A stretch of DNA of 63,081 nt, filler included, from Hausera hauseri (lineage: Eukaryota): assembly GCA_046269625.1 (NCBI GenBank). It is 10 parts of 10 records of this genome, joined end to end, with 100 filler letters (N's around TTAATTAATTAA, not from the genome) between each part and the next. Parts side by side here need not be neighbours in the genome. Positions count along the whole stretch, not along the records: positions 46,337 to 53,888 come from JBJURY010007012.1; positions 53,989 to 58,675 come from JBJURY010475243.1; positions 58,776 to 63,081 come from JBJURY010645886.1; 7 more parts are not named here. One strand, given 5' to 3'. The position numbers and the translations under genes are program-made. Under the pieces are notes generated by a model that did not search any database, had not been told where the DNA came from, and saw nothing but the letters and a program-made list of their open reading frames with translations. Shown piece after piece: positions 48,366-62,149 of this stretch. Within the stretch, counting starts at the first letter, position 1; the number at the start of each line of letters is the position of its first letter.

Positions 48366-51300
48366 CGTCGTTCGTTCGTTTGATCCTTCGTTCGTTCGTT
48401 CTTTCGTCCGTTCTTTCGTTCGTTCAATCGGTCATTCCTGCTATGGTTCGATCCTTCCTTCGTTCATCCGTAACTTCCTTCGTTCGATGGTTCGTTCACT
48501 CATTCTTTCTACCGCTCGTCCGTTCGTTCGTTCGTTCGTTCCTTCGTTCGTTCTTTCTTTCGTAGGCTCATTCGTTTGTTCTTTCGTTCTTTCATTCGCT
48601 CGTTCGTTCCCTCATTCAATCGCGCCTTTGTTCGTTTCTTCGTTCTTTCCTTCGTCCGTTAGGTTGGCCATTCCTTCGGTCGTTCGTTCGTTCCTTCATT
48701 CGTACTTTCTTTCGTAGGCTCATTCGTTCGTTCTTTCGTTCTTTCATTTGCTCGTTCGTTCACTCATTCGATGGCTCCTTCGTTCGTTTCTTCATTTTTT
48801 CGTTCGTCCGGTCCTTTGTTCGTTCTTTCATTCCTTTGATCGTTTGTTCGTCCGTTCGGTTGGCCATTCCTTCGGTCGTTCGTTCGTTCCATCGTTCGGT
48901 TTTTCTTTCGTAGGCTCATTTGTTTGTTCTTTCGATCGTTCATTCGTTCGTTCGTTCCTTCGTTCTTTAGTTCCTTCGGTCTTTCCTAGGCTCATTGGTT
49001 CACTCATTCGATGGCTCCTTCGTTCGTTTCTCCGTTCTTTCGTTCGTCCGGTCCTTTGTTCGTTTGTTCATTCGTTCGCTCATTCTATCGCTCGTTCGTT
49101 TACTCGTACGTTTGTTCGATCTTTCGTTCGTTTTTTCTTTCGTAGGCTCATTTGTTCGTTCTTTCGATCGTTCCTTCGTTCTTTAGTTCGTTCGGTCCTT
49201 GTTCGTTCGTTCATTCGTTCGATTGTTCGTTTGCTCGTTCGTTCGACCATTCGTTCATTTGTTCATTTGTTCGTTCTTTGAATTGTTCGTTCATTCGTTC
49301 GTTCGTTCATTTGTTTATTCTTTCGATCGTTCATTCGTTCTGTCTTTCGTACTTTCTTTCGTTTGATCATTCGTTCATTTGTTCATTCGTTCGTTCTTTG
49401 GATTGTTCGTTCATTTGTTCGTTCTTTCGTTTTTTCTTTCGTTCGTTCGTTTCTTCGTTCTTTAATTCATTTGTTCGCTCGTTCTTTCGGCAATTCCTTC
49501 GGTCATTCTTTCTTTCCGTCGTTCTTCCGTACATTCTGTCGTTCGATGGTGTGTTCGTTCGTTTCTTCGTTGGCTCGGTCAATTGCTCGTTCGTTCTCTC
49601 GCTCGATTGATCATTCATTCGTTTCTTCTTCGTTCGTTCTTTGGTTCGTTCGATCATTCGTTTGTTCTTTCGTTCGTTCATTTTTTCGTTCCTTCCTTCG
49701 TTCGTCCGTAACTTCTTTCGTTACATCCTGCGTTTGCTCATTCTTTTATCCATCGTTCGTTCGTTCTTTCGATCCTTCATTTGTTCCTTCGTTCGATCGA
49801 TCGGCCTTTCGTTCGTTTGCTCGATCATTCGTTCGTTCGTTCGGTCTTTTGTAGGCCAATTGGTTCGCTCATTCGTTCGCTTTTTCGGTCGTTCCTTTGT
49901 TCTTTCGTTCGTTCGTTTGCTCGTTCAATCGCTCGTTCGTTCGTTTGTTCGTTCACTCGTTCGTTCCTTTGATCATTCGTTTGTTCGCTCATTAGTTCGC
50001 TCGTTTATTCCTTCGTTCATTCGTTCGTTCATTCGTTTGTTCGTTCGTTCGTTCTTTCTTTCTTTTGTTCGTTCGTTCGTTCTTTTATTCGATTCTTCAT
50101 TTGTTCATTTGTTCGATCATTCGTTCGTTCGTTCGGTCTTCCGTAGGCCCATTGGTTCGCTCATTCGTTTGCTTCTTCGTTCGTTTCTTTGTTCGTTTGT
50201 TCATTCGTTCGATCGTTCTTTTGCTCCTTCAATTGCTCGTTCGTTCGATCATTCGTTCTTTTAATCGTTCGTTCGTTTGTTTTTTCGTTCTCTCGTTCGT
50301 TCGGTCTTTTCTACTTTCTTTCGTTCGCCAATTCCTACGTTCGTTTGTTTGTTCGTTCGTTCGTTTGTTCATTCGTTTGTTCGTTCTTCCATTCGTTCCT
50401 TCATTCGTTCATTCATTCTTTTGTTCGTTCGTTCCTTCCTTTGTTCCTTTTTTCGTACTTTCTTTCGTTCGCTCATTCATTCGTTCGTTTGTTCGTTCGT
50501 TCGTCCGGTTGCTCATTCCATCGGTGGTACGTTTCTTCTTTCGTTCTTCCGTTACTTCTTTCGATCCATCGTTCGTTCGCTCATTCTTTTTATCGTTCGT
50601 TTATTCGTTCGTTCTTTCGTTCGTTCGTTCTGTCGTAGGCTCATTTCTTCTCTCGTTTGTTTGTTCGTTCTTTCCATCGTTCTTTCGTTCATTCGTTCGT
50701 TCTTTCTTTCGTTCGTTCGTTTTTTCGTTCTTTAGTTCATTCATTCGTTCGTTCTTTCGGCAATTCCTTCGGTCGTTCGTTCTTTCCGCCGTTCTTCCGT
50801 ACATTCTGTCGTTCGATGGTGTGTTCGTTCGTTCCTTCGTTGGCTCGTTCAATTGCTCGTTCGTTCGTTCGTTCGATCGATTATTCTTTCGTTGATTTGT
50901 TTGTTCGTTCGTTTGTTCATTCCTTCTTTCGTCCGTAACTTCTTTCGATTCATCGTTCGTTCGCTCATTCCTTCTATCGTTCGTTCTTTCGTTCGTTCGT
51001 TCTTTCGCTCAATCGTTCTTTCGTATGCTCATTCCTTTGTTCTTTCGTTCGTTCGTTGTTTAGTTCGTTCGGTCTTTCGTAGGCTTATTGCTTCACTCAT
51101 TCGATGGCTCCTTCGTTCGCTTCTTCGTTCTTTCCTTCGTTCTTTCCTTTGTTCGTTCGTTCATTCTTTCGATCGTTGGTTCGCTCGTTCTTTTGTTTGT
51201 TCATTCTTTTTTTCGTTCGTTCGGTCGGTCTTTCGTACTTTCTTTCGTTCGCTCATTCGTTCGTTTGTTTGTTCGTTCGTTCGATCGATCGACCGTGCGT

Positions 51301-52255
51301 TCATTCGACCGTTTGTTCGTTCTTTCATTCGTTTGTTCGTTCGTCCGTTCGGTTGGTCATTCCTTCGTTCGTTCGTTCCTTCCTTCGTTTTTCTGTAACT
51401 TTTTTCGTTCCATCATGCGTTCGCTCATTCTTTCTATCGTTCATTTGTTCGTTCGTTCCTGCGTTCATTCATTCGTTTATTTGTTCGTTCGTTCGATTCA
51501 TTGGCCGTTTGTTCTTTCGATCGTTCGTTCGTTCTTTCGTTTGTTCGTTCGTTCGTGTTTTCGTATTTCCTTTTATTCGATCATTCGTTCATTTGTTCGT
51601 TCGTTCCTTCCTTTGTTCGTTCTTTCGTTCGTTCGGTCCTTCGTTCGTCCGTAAATTCTTTCGTTCCATCGTGCGTTCGCTCGTTCTTTTATAGTTCGTT
51701 CGTTCGTTCTTTCAATCATTCATTCGTTCATTCGTTCGTTTGTTTGTTCGTTTTTTTTGGTTCGGTCTTTCGTAGGCTCACTGGTTTGCTCCTTCGTTTG
51801 TTCGTTCGTTCCTTCTTTCGTTCGTTCTTTCATTCCTTCGTTCGTACTTTCTTTCATTCTCTCATTCGTTCGTTCGTTTGTTCGTTCGTTCTATCGATAG
51901 GCCGTTCGTTCGTTCTTTCCTTTGGTCATTTGTTCCTTCGTACTTTCTTTCGTTCGCTCATTCGTTCGTTCGTTTGCTCGATCGTTAGTTCCTTCGTTCG
52001 TTCTTTCTTTATTTCGTTCGTTCGTTCATTCTTTTTTTCTTTCCTTCGTTCTTTCCTTTATTATTTCCTTTGTTCCTTCGTTCGTTCGATCGTTTTTTTC
52101 ATTCGTTCTTTCTTCCCGTTGTTCCTTTGTTTGAACCTTCGTTTTTTCCTTCGTTCTTTCCTTTGTGCGTTCTTTCGTTCGTTCTTTCGTTCTTTTTTTA
52201 TTCGTTCGTTCGTTTGTTCGTTCTTTCGTTTGTTCGTTCGTTCATTCATTCCTTC
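48366..52255 (+). repeat. (TTCG)n-derived degenerate satellite, about 3.9 kb
   Basis: Continuous TTCG/TTCA/TTTG/TTCT variants with a recurring CGTAGGCTCATT landmark. Confidence 0.97.
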
Positions 52256-52262
52256 TAGCAAC

Positions 52263-52760
52263 ATGAATGAGATACAATACAAAGAAATATCACAAGAGAG
52301 GGAAATGGTAGAAAGAAAATATTTGAACTGCAGTTACCTTGCTCAATCTCAAGAGCAAAAGCAAGTTGAAGTGAGGGTCAGTTTAAGGAAAATTAGCAGA
52401 CAATTTTCTGTGCCGTTGGAAACTCTACGACGAAGAGCATGAGGAAAAGTTTATAAGAGTGGACTAGCATATGGTACACGGCCCACACTCAGCACTGTAT
52501 AAGAAGAAAATTTAAGAGAAATAATCTGGAGACATGCTGCTAATGGTACACCTATATCTAAAACTGAATTTGCCGAATGGTTGGAATATATAAAAGTAAG
52601 AAAACTGAATAAAGCAAGCACAATTGTTGTCAGAAAATAGTGGCTGCGGTTTGTGAGATGGTATATACAGGTTGTTATGAAAAGTGCAGGAGTGTTGTCA
52701 TTTTAAAGAGCTGTTTCCAGTTCACAAACCCGAGTTAATCAACTTAAGCCTTGTTCTTCT
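52263..52760 (+). mobile_element. pogo/Tigger-like transposase N-terminal fossil (psq and CENP-B HTH)
   Basis: SLRKISRQFSVPLETLRRR, G.RPTLS..EENL...I...A..G.PISK. Confidence 0.7.
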
Positions 52761-53199
52761 ACAGCAATTGAAGTAAAATCTGGGAATCAGAAGCCTTCTC
52801 TGCGTTTTGTGGATATTCCAGAAAGTGCATTTAATTATGCATTTGGTAGTTTGGTGCTTCCTCAAAAGAAAGAAAGAAAATTGAATATGACGTATGTTAA
52901 AGATTGACAATATTGTTATTTTCTGTCAGTCATTTTACGTTGAACTTCTACTGCCTCGTACAAAGTGCTAGTGACTCATACCAGGTGGCATTGTATTATC
53001 AAATTTACTGTAATGTGTTTGTATGATTTTTGTATATTTTTAATATGTTCTGCCATATGATGAATATGGTATTCTCCATCATTTATAAATATATTTCATC
53101 TTAATATGCACCAATGCATAATATTTCTACGCTTAATCAAATGCATAGTATCCCTTAATGCATACGGTGCCTTAACTCAATCAAAATAAGAAAGTCATA

Positions 53200-53545
53200 C
53201 AGGCATTATTTCTCAAAATAATTATAATGCACATCGAAAAACTTTTCCGACGAGTTCTTTGAATGCGTTTTTTAAAACACTCCGGCGGTTTTTCCTTCAA
53301 AAAACTCACCACAGCGGCTTTCAAATTCTCCTTATTGTCAAAGTTACAACTCCGCAGAATCTATTCACGTGGTTCTACCACTCCGAAAATGGTTGAACCA
53401 ACGGTAAACTGTTGCTCTGGGTGGGCACTCAGGACAATAAACGGTGTTTAGTTCAGAAAGAACCTCTTTTCGATTTATGCCCTTCGGAAAATGAAAGCAA
53501 ATAACGCTGCGTCATTGCACACTTTCGAGTGTCATTTTGAAATAT
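53200..53545 (-). mobile_element. Internally deleted mariner element
   Basis: N-terminal ELNTVY...P.RATVYRWFNHFRSGR joined to C-terminal FDNKENLKAAVVSFL. Confidence 0.7.
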
Positions 53546-53888
53546 GCGCAAAAAATTACATTTCCATAGACTATATATTCTAAAGTTTAAATGTTATGTA
53601 TCACATTATTTTACCGTAATTATTTCTATAATAGCCTCACTACGTATTGAGCTCATGGTTGGGTGTGATTACCGCCATTGTCTAAACTGTTTTGTTGATT
53701 GGGGAAAGTAAAACAGATATTCCCAGTGTGTAGAAACCAGAGTAGCAAAGTGTCAGTATTCAATGGCGAAGGAAAACACATCAGATTGTCTGATAGTGAA
53801 TTTGAAGAAGATAAAATAAAATGGATGCTTAATTTGAATGGAAGATTACACTTCATTTACTATACGCCTGATAGGTTGCTATCACCAT

Positions 53889-53988
53889 NNNNNNNNNNNN
53901 NNNNNNNNNNNNNNNNNNNNNNNNNNNNNNNNTTAATTAATTAANNNNNNNNNNNNNNNNNNNNNNNNNNNNNNNNNNNNNNNNNNNN
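53889..53988. other. Artificial contig spacer
   Basis: N44-TTAATTAATTAA-N44. Confidence 0.98.
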
Positions 53989-54599
53989 TGAATACTTGTT
54001 AAAAATTAATTTATGAAATTATTATTATTATTATTATTATTTATTTTTCATTAATATTAATGTTTCATTTATTTCTGAGCATTTCGCAATATCAATCCAA
54101 TTATTATTATCTTAGAGTACCAATATTATATATTCTGTTTTATAAGCATACGCTATCACTAGCTTTTATGAGTCAATGATTTTCTTATTTATTATGGAAA
54201 AACAGTTTTCGAGACATTTTATTTTTCTTTAATATAAAAGAAATAAACAATTATGGGAAACACTTTTTAGTAAGCATTGATGCTACAATATTCACAATTT
54301 CAAATGATGTTTATATATATATATAGCCGCCTAAATTTTGACATTTGTTGCAATTGTTTTTGTAGTGAACAGAATCGTTGAACTCACTACGGTTGTATAT
54401 GAAGCATTGGACAGAATAACCGCTTACTCGGCAAACATGATCATGAATTGATCATAATTCATAAAGTGGGCAACAGTTACACTTCCTTGCATGAGCAAGG
54501 ACAAACTGCGTTTGCAGTGAACATTACTAGGAAATGTAATTTGTTCCAAATCTGCGGTTCAAGTAGCACGTCAGGAACTTGCCCATTTATACGTATGTT

Positions 54600-55100
54600 A
54601 CTCGTAAGTCATAATTGAGCTTTTGCATCCATGACAATCAAATTCGTATACAAGGTTAGACTGAACATCAAGTGACGTGGCAGATTTATTACTAAATAGA
54701 TCAATGATTCGCTTAGTAGTAAACACAACATTTAAATTGACTTCTTTAGGCAGTAATTTTAAAATTTTTTTGACTTTAATTCCTCAGAACCCTCTGAGAA
54801 CGACAATTTTAAAATTGATCGATATTTTAAATTTATGTTTATTGTCTTTATCGTTTTCTATGCCGAAGGTTTCTGGAATGTTTTTTATTAAACCACTTGG
54901 ATCGAAGTTATGCAAATCATTTGCGGTTTGATTAGAGTTCATCAAATTATTGTTTTCTGTATTTGTTTTCAGTGAACGGAATTTGTCCAACACTTTTCTA
55001 ATGGCATTGTAAATTAAATAATTCGGATAACCATTATTGTTTAAAATGTTTTTTAAATTTTCAAATGCTTTGTTCATACTTTGAAAATCCAAACACAGTC
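54600..55100 (-). mobile_element. Penelope-like element fragment (RT thumb to start of GIY-YIG)
   Basis: LKNILNNNGYPNYLI and, in frame after one stop, SNLVYEFDCHGC. Confidence 0.8.
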
Positions 55101-58100
55101 TCTTTGTTTAAAAAAATTTCTACTTTTGCAGTAATTTGGTTTGTCGACATTATTACCAGTGGGAAATATGTGAAGGGTTTTTAAGTATAAAGTTTCTGTT
55201 CATTGCCCTAAAAGTGACCATGAACTAATTCAGGTCATTAAGAAAGTCTGGGTTAGTGAAATCACCCATGCTTACTGTCAAAAGTTGATATGATCAATGC
55301 CCACAAGATTGGAGAAAGTTATGAGAAATCATGGATTTGTGACAAAATACTGATATACTATAGTTAATAAGAACACTATAATAACAATTGAATGATATTT
55401 TTATGTTAATTTGTATGTAATGCTCTGTTTGAACATCTATTTTTGAACAAATCTAATTTTTCATATTTTTACTTCACAGTCCATATACTTTTGGTCACGA
55501 CGGTGTTTATTTAATTTTCGATTAGAGTAGGCTAGTGTTCATTCGATATTTAATTGCTTTGTATGTGGCAGTGATTCATCATGGTGAATTCATAGCAATT
55601 AGCAGAAGAGTAGCGACAGTGTGTAAGTCATTTAATTTTAGAACATGTTTCTATGAAATTTTAGTTGTAACTTGAAATTCTGGTTTTTGTAAAATAATTC
55701 ACGGAAAAATTTTATAATTGAAGTTCGTTACATTATTTTTAGAAAGAATGAATTTGAACTCAAATTACCTAAATGCATATCACTTTGCATAAAATTTTGA
55801 AAATCTGATTTATGAATTTTTGTTTAAGTTGATTATCATTGTTTACATACATCGATTTCATGATTTTCCTTTCATAATTATTACGCCATTGACTTTATTA
55901 TTAATTGTCTATAACACTAGATTATCAAAGGAAAAGATATTGTGACGACTAATTTTCTTGTATTTTACAATAATTACTAGATGGTGACATATGCAGCAAA
56001 GTGTATCATTTCGTATGATTATGGTTGATGATTAATGCCACATTTGTATTGCCATTTGACCAGAAAGGTGATTGCACTATAATTCGGTAGATACGAAAAT
56101 TTTGTTCCAAAATACCTCTGATTGTTATGCGAAATTAAAGACGTAAAAATGACATTACATTTAGAAGTCCCTATAGCACCATCTTAGTATTTTTTTAATT
56201 TTTTTCATACGATAAATCAGCATAAAATTTTGTGTATGCAAAACCAGTAGAACTTGTAAAACTCTGATTAACACTCGTTAGTATTGTTCTTTCGTTCTGC
56301 ATAAATTATTGAATTGTAAATAATGTAACTCACCTGAAAATAATGTAGGAAATTTTGTATAAATGAAAAATAAGATGTATTAAATCATTCATAAAATTTG
56401 AAATACAAAAAATTTACCGTTATTAGAGGTAAGAAGAAAAATGTTGCTACTACTTACATATAAAATAATATAACTTAATTCTGAACACAACAAAAATGCA
56501 TTCAATACTGTTGACGCATGGAAAACACTTAATCATAAAATTATGAGGATGCTCTCAACAGACATCGGCGATCATCATAAATTCTATGTAACACACACAC
56601 ACAAGAACAACAATATTGTCGTTCAGTCTACCTCAAATTGATTTGTTTAAAAATCGCACACGAACAAACACACAAAATCTATGCACTATTGAGCCTGCTT
56701 TGATTTTCAGTGAAAATGGTAGGGAATTACGTAACATTTGAACTAATAGGAGAAAAATTCTCTTGTTATTTTTTCTATCATAAAAACGATTTTGTTCTTG
56801 CTTGATAATGTGCATGGTATTTGACAAGCATGACTAGAGAAACAAATATTCACAATTCTTAGTCGCTGTTGAGTGCATACCCATACATGCATACCCATAA
56901 AAGCTGAGATTGTACATACATACTTTATTTCATACTTTGCTTATTCTCTGAAGGACAATTAATGCCTAGTAATACATAGAAGGATTGAAATGTCTTTAGA
57001 TTTGGCTACATTTATAAAAACAGTCTACAATTTTCCATGGCCTTTGTAACAATGTACATAGATGCATGATAGATGCATGAATTAAGAAACGAAACAGTAG
57101 CAGTCAAAGTAATGAGTCAAAGTAATCCGATATAATTTTGTTTTATTTTCTGTTTTCGGGATATGCAATTATTTAAGAGTTCGTGACTTCATGCAATTAT
57201 AAAAGAAATAATTTTTTACCAAATTGTTTTGTATAAACATAATAGCATAAAAATATAATTTAAAATAAATAATAAACAGAATTTTATTAAACGTTTCCAC
57301 TATCTATTATTCACTATTTATTGTTTTTAAATTTAATTATTTTTATTATCTAATAGCATAAATATAAAAAATTCTTAAAGCACCTTCATAAATTGTAATA
57401 AAGTTTAAATAATGTTTCAATAAATCAGTAGTATTATATAAGAATAAAAAATGCCTCATAAATTAAAAAACAATAACAATGAGAAAACTTACACTTGATT
57501 GTGCATTTTCCATTAAAATCTAAATAATATTGAATAATAATAAAAAATATAAAAACTTATACTTGTAGAGACACTTTTGAAATGTGCCTTATCATGACAC
57601 TACCTGAAACTTATATAAAGAATTTAATACGAGAATTTGTCCGAAAAATGGACATTAAAGATTATCTCTGTTGACATTTCAAATTTATGGTCAACATTTA
57701 GTCTATTGTCCAACGATTGTTTTTCAAACTAGCCTAATATTTTGATAAATTAATAGGTTCATTTCATCGACAGTTGTGTTTTCATGTCATGAATTTAGTA
57801 TGGCACCATTTCATGGTAATTAATTGTTTATCAACCTTGATACTTAAATAATGAATAAAATACGGCTGATTTTGTTCATGCCACCGATTTTTCAGTATGA
57901 ATGTCGATGAATTCGTTATTGAGAATACATTATGTATTTTGCTTACAGACATTTCTGTTTTTGGTACATTTAATATAAGTCTACAAAATTGTTTTTAAGA
58001 TTTCCAGTTTGTCATTCATGTTATGTCAAAGTACAATGTATTCATCTAACTATCAGTTACATCACTAATATTTCTTCCTATATAAATATTAACTTTACAC

Positions 58101-58288
58101 ATGAATGATGACGTGTTTTAAGGCTGACAAAACATCAAGAAAACAATTAGTCAAATATTAGATGGTAGAAAAGCCAATTGATTGATGAATGCAGCAATAT
58201 CACAACACCTTCGTGAAAGCGTTCAGTTTTAACATATAACGTAATAAACATGTAAGTGTTTAAGAAGACATACGTTATGTACCAAAAT

Positions 58289-58675
58289 TTATTTACAGGA
58301 CAAATAGTGCTGACACAACACTAAACATTTCTTATAGGCACATTTCGATCCATGGTCGGTATATGGACACAAAATATTGTCTGGAACTGTCCTCAGATTA
58401 TGTGCAGAGTAGTTCACAATTCGTAATGAAGGAAAATATGATTTAAGAGCGTTGCTTTTCTGTCCATTGACGTGGTCTTTCACATAAAATAATGTTTTCT
58501 TTATATTAATAAAATACGACAAATCGTCCAATATAGATTTTGGACAAAATGGTCGATATCCTTCTGCCCAAGCTAATTTAACCCGATGATTCATTAGGTA
58601 CAAATTTATATTTTGTGCTTTTTTCACCAAATTGTTCCATTTCAATGTCGGTTTGAAAACATAATGCAGTGGATA
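58289..58675 (-). CDS. Polinton-associated small Cys-rich protein (5' end cut by the spacer)
   Basis: HYVFKP..KW..L....N.YL..H...L.W.EG...FYVK...K...L...C...H...CA pattern, recalled from Polinton accessory genes. Confidence 0.5.
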   Translation of the reverse strand, partial: YPLHYVFKPTLKWNNLVKKAQNINLYLMNHRVKLAWAEGYRPFCPKSILDDLSYFINIKKTLFYVKDHVNGQKSNALKSYFPSLRIVNYSAHNLRTVPDNILCPYTDHGSKCAYKKCLVLCQHYLSCK

Positions 58676-58775
58676 NNNNNNNNNNNNNNNNNNNNNNNNN
58701 NNNNNNNNNNNNNNNNNNNTTAATTAATTAANNNNNNNNNNNNNNNNNNNNNNNNNNNNNNNNNNNNNNNNNNNN
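58676..58775. other. Artificial contig spacer
   Basis: N44-TTAATTAATTAA-N44. Confidence 0.98.
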
Positions 58776-58815
58776 CTTCTCAGTACTAGCCACATGTGTG
58801 ATTGGTACTAAGGGC

Positions 58816-58844
58816 AGAGAGAGAGAGGGAGAGAGAGAGAGAGA
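58816..58844. repeat. (GA)n microsatellite
   Basis: Read directly from the sequence. Confidence 0.9.
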
Positions 58845-61470
58845 AAAAGATTTCATGAAATATGTGAACATACTGAAACTTGAAAAATTGAAACTGCACT
58901 GAAAAGATTAAAGAATATCCTGAAATTACGAGCTAGACCAACATCATTGCACTGTGGATAGTACTCCAGAAACTTTAATTATGTCGAGATATGTGGTTTT
59001 AGGATTAGATATTTTAATGACTTGAAAAGGTGCTATGATCATTACCATAGATGGCATCTGTTTTAGATGAAGTCTCTAGTACTCCCTTACATTGTGGTGT
59101 GATGGAGTAAGCTGGTCTGTTACTCAAAACCATAATATTAGTACTAAATAGCTTGCACTCAACCAGTAATCATCTGCTATGAGCATGGTGTGATGAGCCA
59201 TTCTGGAAAAACATAAATAGTCTTCGGTTTCATACTCCAGAGACATTGAAATAATCAGTATTTAGCCATATTACCATGGCAACATCTTGTTACTGTATAT
59301 TTAATGGAGTTAGAATGAAACAAAAATAAGTCAGAAAACGAAAGGCCTTGAAGAGTCTTAACATCAGATCTCATAAATTGAAACTTGCCCCACACTTTTA
59401 AAATAACATTAACACTTTGAGACCCAGCATTGTTTTGAGAAAATGTCAAAATAATCGATATTCGACATTTATGATACAATAAAACAATGTAACATTTATT
59501 GTGCCTGAGTTTCTTTGAGTTTTCTTGTCTTTTTTACCGATTGAACAGAATTCCATCATCACGTACATTATGCGATATAATGTACCTGGTAAGGAGACCA
59601 TATCGATTCAAATTTGTACCGTAAAACAATTTGGCTCCATTATCCGACACAATAAACTCTGAGCGAAATAAAATTCGCCGCCACCCAACTTCAACCGATT
59701 ATACCGGAAGTAAACACGGCAGATATATTATTTTTAGGGGATGCAGTGGTTCCCTGAATGTGTGTAAGTGACGATAAATCAACAGCGCGTTATTGCGCGC
59801 TCGGGTCTCAAAGGGTTAAATGGCGGATAATTGAATGAAATTTGCAGAAAAATATTAATATAATAATGGGAAAATTATGCATGATTAATCGCTTACGACT
59901 GCCAACTATATAAGGCAGTACAAAATTAGTTAACACGAACACGTTTAGAAGATTAAGTTAGAATTGATCGAGCTGTTGGAAAGGCTCAAATTATCCAGTT
60001 GATATAGAAGATTTTGAAACGATTCTGCAGTTGCCGACCTATTGGAGAAGCTCCAAGATAACAGATCTACATTGAAGAAAATTTGCGGTTGACGCATCGA
60101 ACTTGAAAACGATTGTTGAAATTTTCTGACGACTATATCGTCTGGTATTATTATTTATTGTTAATAAATTTGTGTTTTAAATTCTTCTGATAGTTTTTCG
60201 TCGCTCCTTACGAGGGACTTATGCTACATTAAGGCATAAAATCTTTTCTAAACTATATAGCTAGGTCTAGACCTTTTTAATTCGCAAAGGATATACACGC
60301 AGTACAAGCATTTTAAAATCAGTGCAAACATTCTAACGAGAACGTTAGGAATTACCTGCTTATACAATATTTCAAATTTGAGTTTCATTCATTGTTATAG
60401 TTGGGTGTTGGATAGGGCCCACCTTCAACTTCTAACACATGTACCAGCATAATAAAAAATGTGAATTTCATATGAACGTAACGTTATTGAACGAAAAAGA
60501 TGTGAAACTGCCCAAGTAATGAAGATATTTCATTTTTCCAGTCAAATAAGTCAATGTACGAAAATAACTACTGTCTTCGGCCATCTCCAATCCAATAATA
60601 CAATAAATATCTTTACTGTTGTAATAGCTAAATTTAAATAGTCCATATATCACATCTGAAAGTAATTGTACACGGTAATTATAAAATCTCTCACGAGTAA
60701 TAAACTTAACGAATAAGAGGAGTGGACTAAAATTTTTAGAGAGGATGCCGATCGCATTATTTGATTTTTGTAATTGGCAGGAATCGGTTGAGAATGTTTT
60801 ATCTCATGCCTTATTTCTGTTACGACTACTGGTTTCTGGAGAGATCTCTTCATTTGGAATAGTCAATACTCGACGAGATAAGCGGTTTTGAAGATTCTAG
60901 GTCTTCGCTTTATGGAATTTCGAGTGAACTTGATTTATCGCCGGCATATAGCATATTGTCATAGTTTTGCTTTATTGATCATTTGACACCTTCGAATGTT
61001 AGTCTGATGATTATACCATTTTTTGATTATTTTTTTCAAAATGTGACCAATCGACCGCCAACAAAACAAGATTTGTCAGGCAGAAGCCAGGGCGAACGGC
61101 ACGCAGATCCAGCAGTACCAAATAATGAGCCAGCTACCGAAGCGATGATGAAGTCAGCAACAGCGGCACAACAACCATATTCAAATATTAGCCTTTATTA
61201 TAGCTAATAAAATAAATTGTTATGTTGCGGAAAGCATCAAGACATTGCCGAAAAGACATTTGACATGAAATTCCTTCTGTGTATCAAATGAAAGATACAC
61301 TACAATTGAAAAGAATAAAGGAACAAAACCAAAATCGTCGAAATTCTAACATTAAACAACATTTCACAATCATATGGATTAGTTGTTGAAATCGGATTCG
61401 AAATTTAAATTACGGAAAGCAACATAAACAACATGAAGTTTGTTTATAAATATTTATTATTCACAATCTG

Positions 61471-61872
61471 ATGACTTTTTTAAAAGAAGAAAGTTTGACA
61501 AAATCTGCGGAAATTGAAAATACAGGATATGAATTTCGGGATTCAAATGTTCTAAGTCAAAAAGAATGTACATCCGATAGAAGTTCATTGAAAAGAGAAG
61601 CAACAACAGAATCATTTAATTTCTCTGATATGGATAAAGAAAATACAAATGGTCCAAACATTAAGAAAGTAAAAACCGAGGAAAACATTTCAATAATTCA
61701 GGAACCCATTTCCAAATTGTTGATGAAAATCGAATTTCCGGATTCAGATTTTGACAATTTCTTCAACAATTTGTCTATAAATGAGCGTCACGAATTAAGA
61801 AAAAAAGTTATCGACTTGGAAAAATGCATTGTTCTAGCTTATAAGAATGGATCAACCAGTGTCTCTGTCTAA
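61471..61872 (+). CDS. Hypothetical acidic/low-complexity protein
   Basis: 133-aa ATG ORF; TATAAA about 25 bp upstream; IKKVKTE motif. Confidence 0.4.
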   Translation: MTFLKEESLTKSAEIENTGYEFRDSNVLSQKECTSDRSSLKREATTESFNFSDMDKENTNGPNIKKVKTEENISIIQEPISKLLMKIEFPDSDFDNFFNNLSINERHELRKKVIDLEKCIVLAYKNGSTSVSV

Positions 61873-62149
61873 AATGCAGCTATTCGTGTAAGGGACATTA
61901 CGACATTCGAAAACATTTGCTAGGCAAACATTTCAGAACACCGAGAAAGATTCTCGTTCCATTGACGAAATTTCTGACTCCCCATAACAATTTGTTATAT
62001 TAATATGAAAATGAAACATCATCATTAGGCCACGAGTCTATTGAAAAATCATCTGTAGAAACTCTTCCAGTAACAGCTTCAAATGCATGCATACAGTAAT
62101 TCAAAGATGTTGAAATCACTTATATCCAATGACAAATTGGATAATTCAC

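Noticed and set aside
48289-52282. Many long overlapping F/V/R/S-rich and N/E/R-rich ORFs
   Set aside because: Translations of the stop-poor (TTCG)n satellite
55100-58250. Genes or RNA genes in the AT-rich stretch
   Set aside because: No supportable ORF, tRNA or rRNA signature by eye
7630-58775. Nine identical TTAATTAATTAA motifs flanked by N runs as a biological repeat or CRISPR-like array
   Set aside because: Exact 100-bp synthetic linkers with six-frame stops; ORFs containing X residues are artefacts
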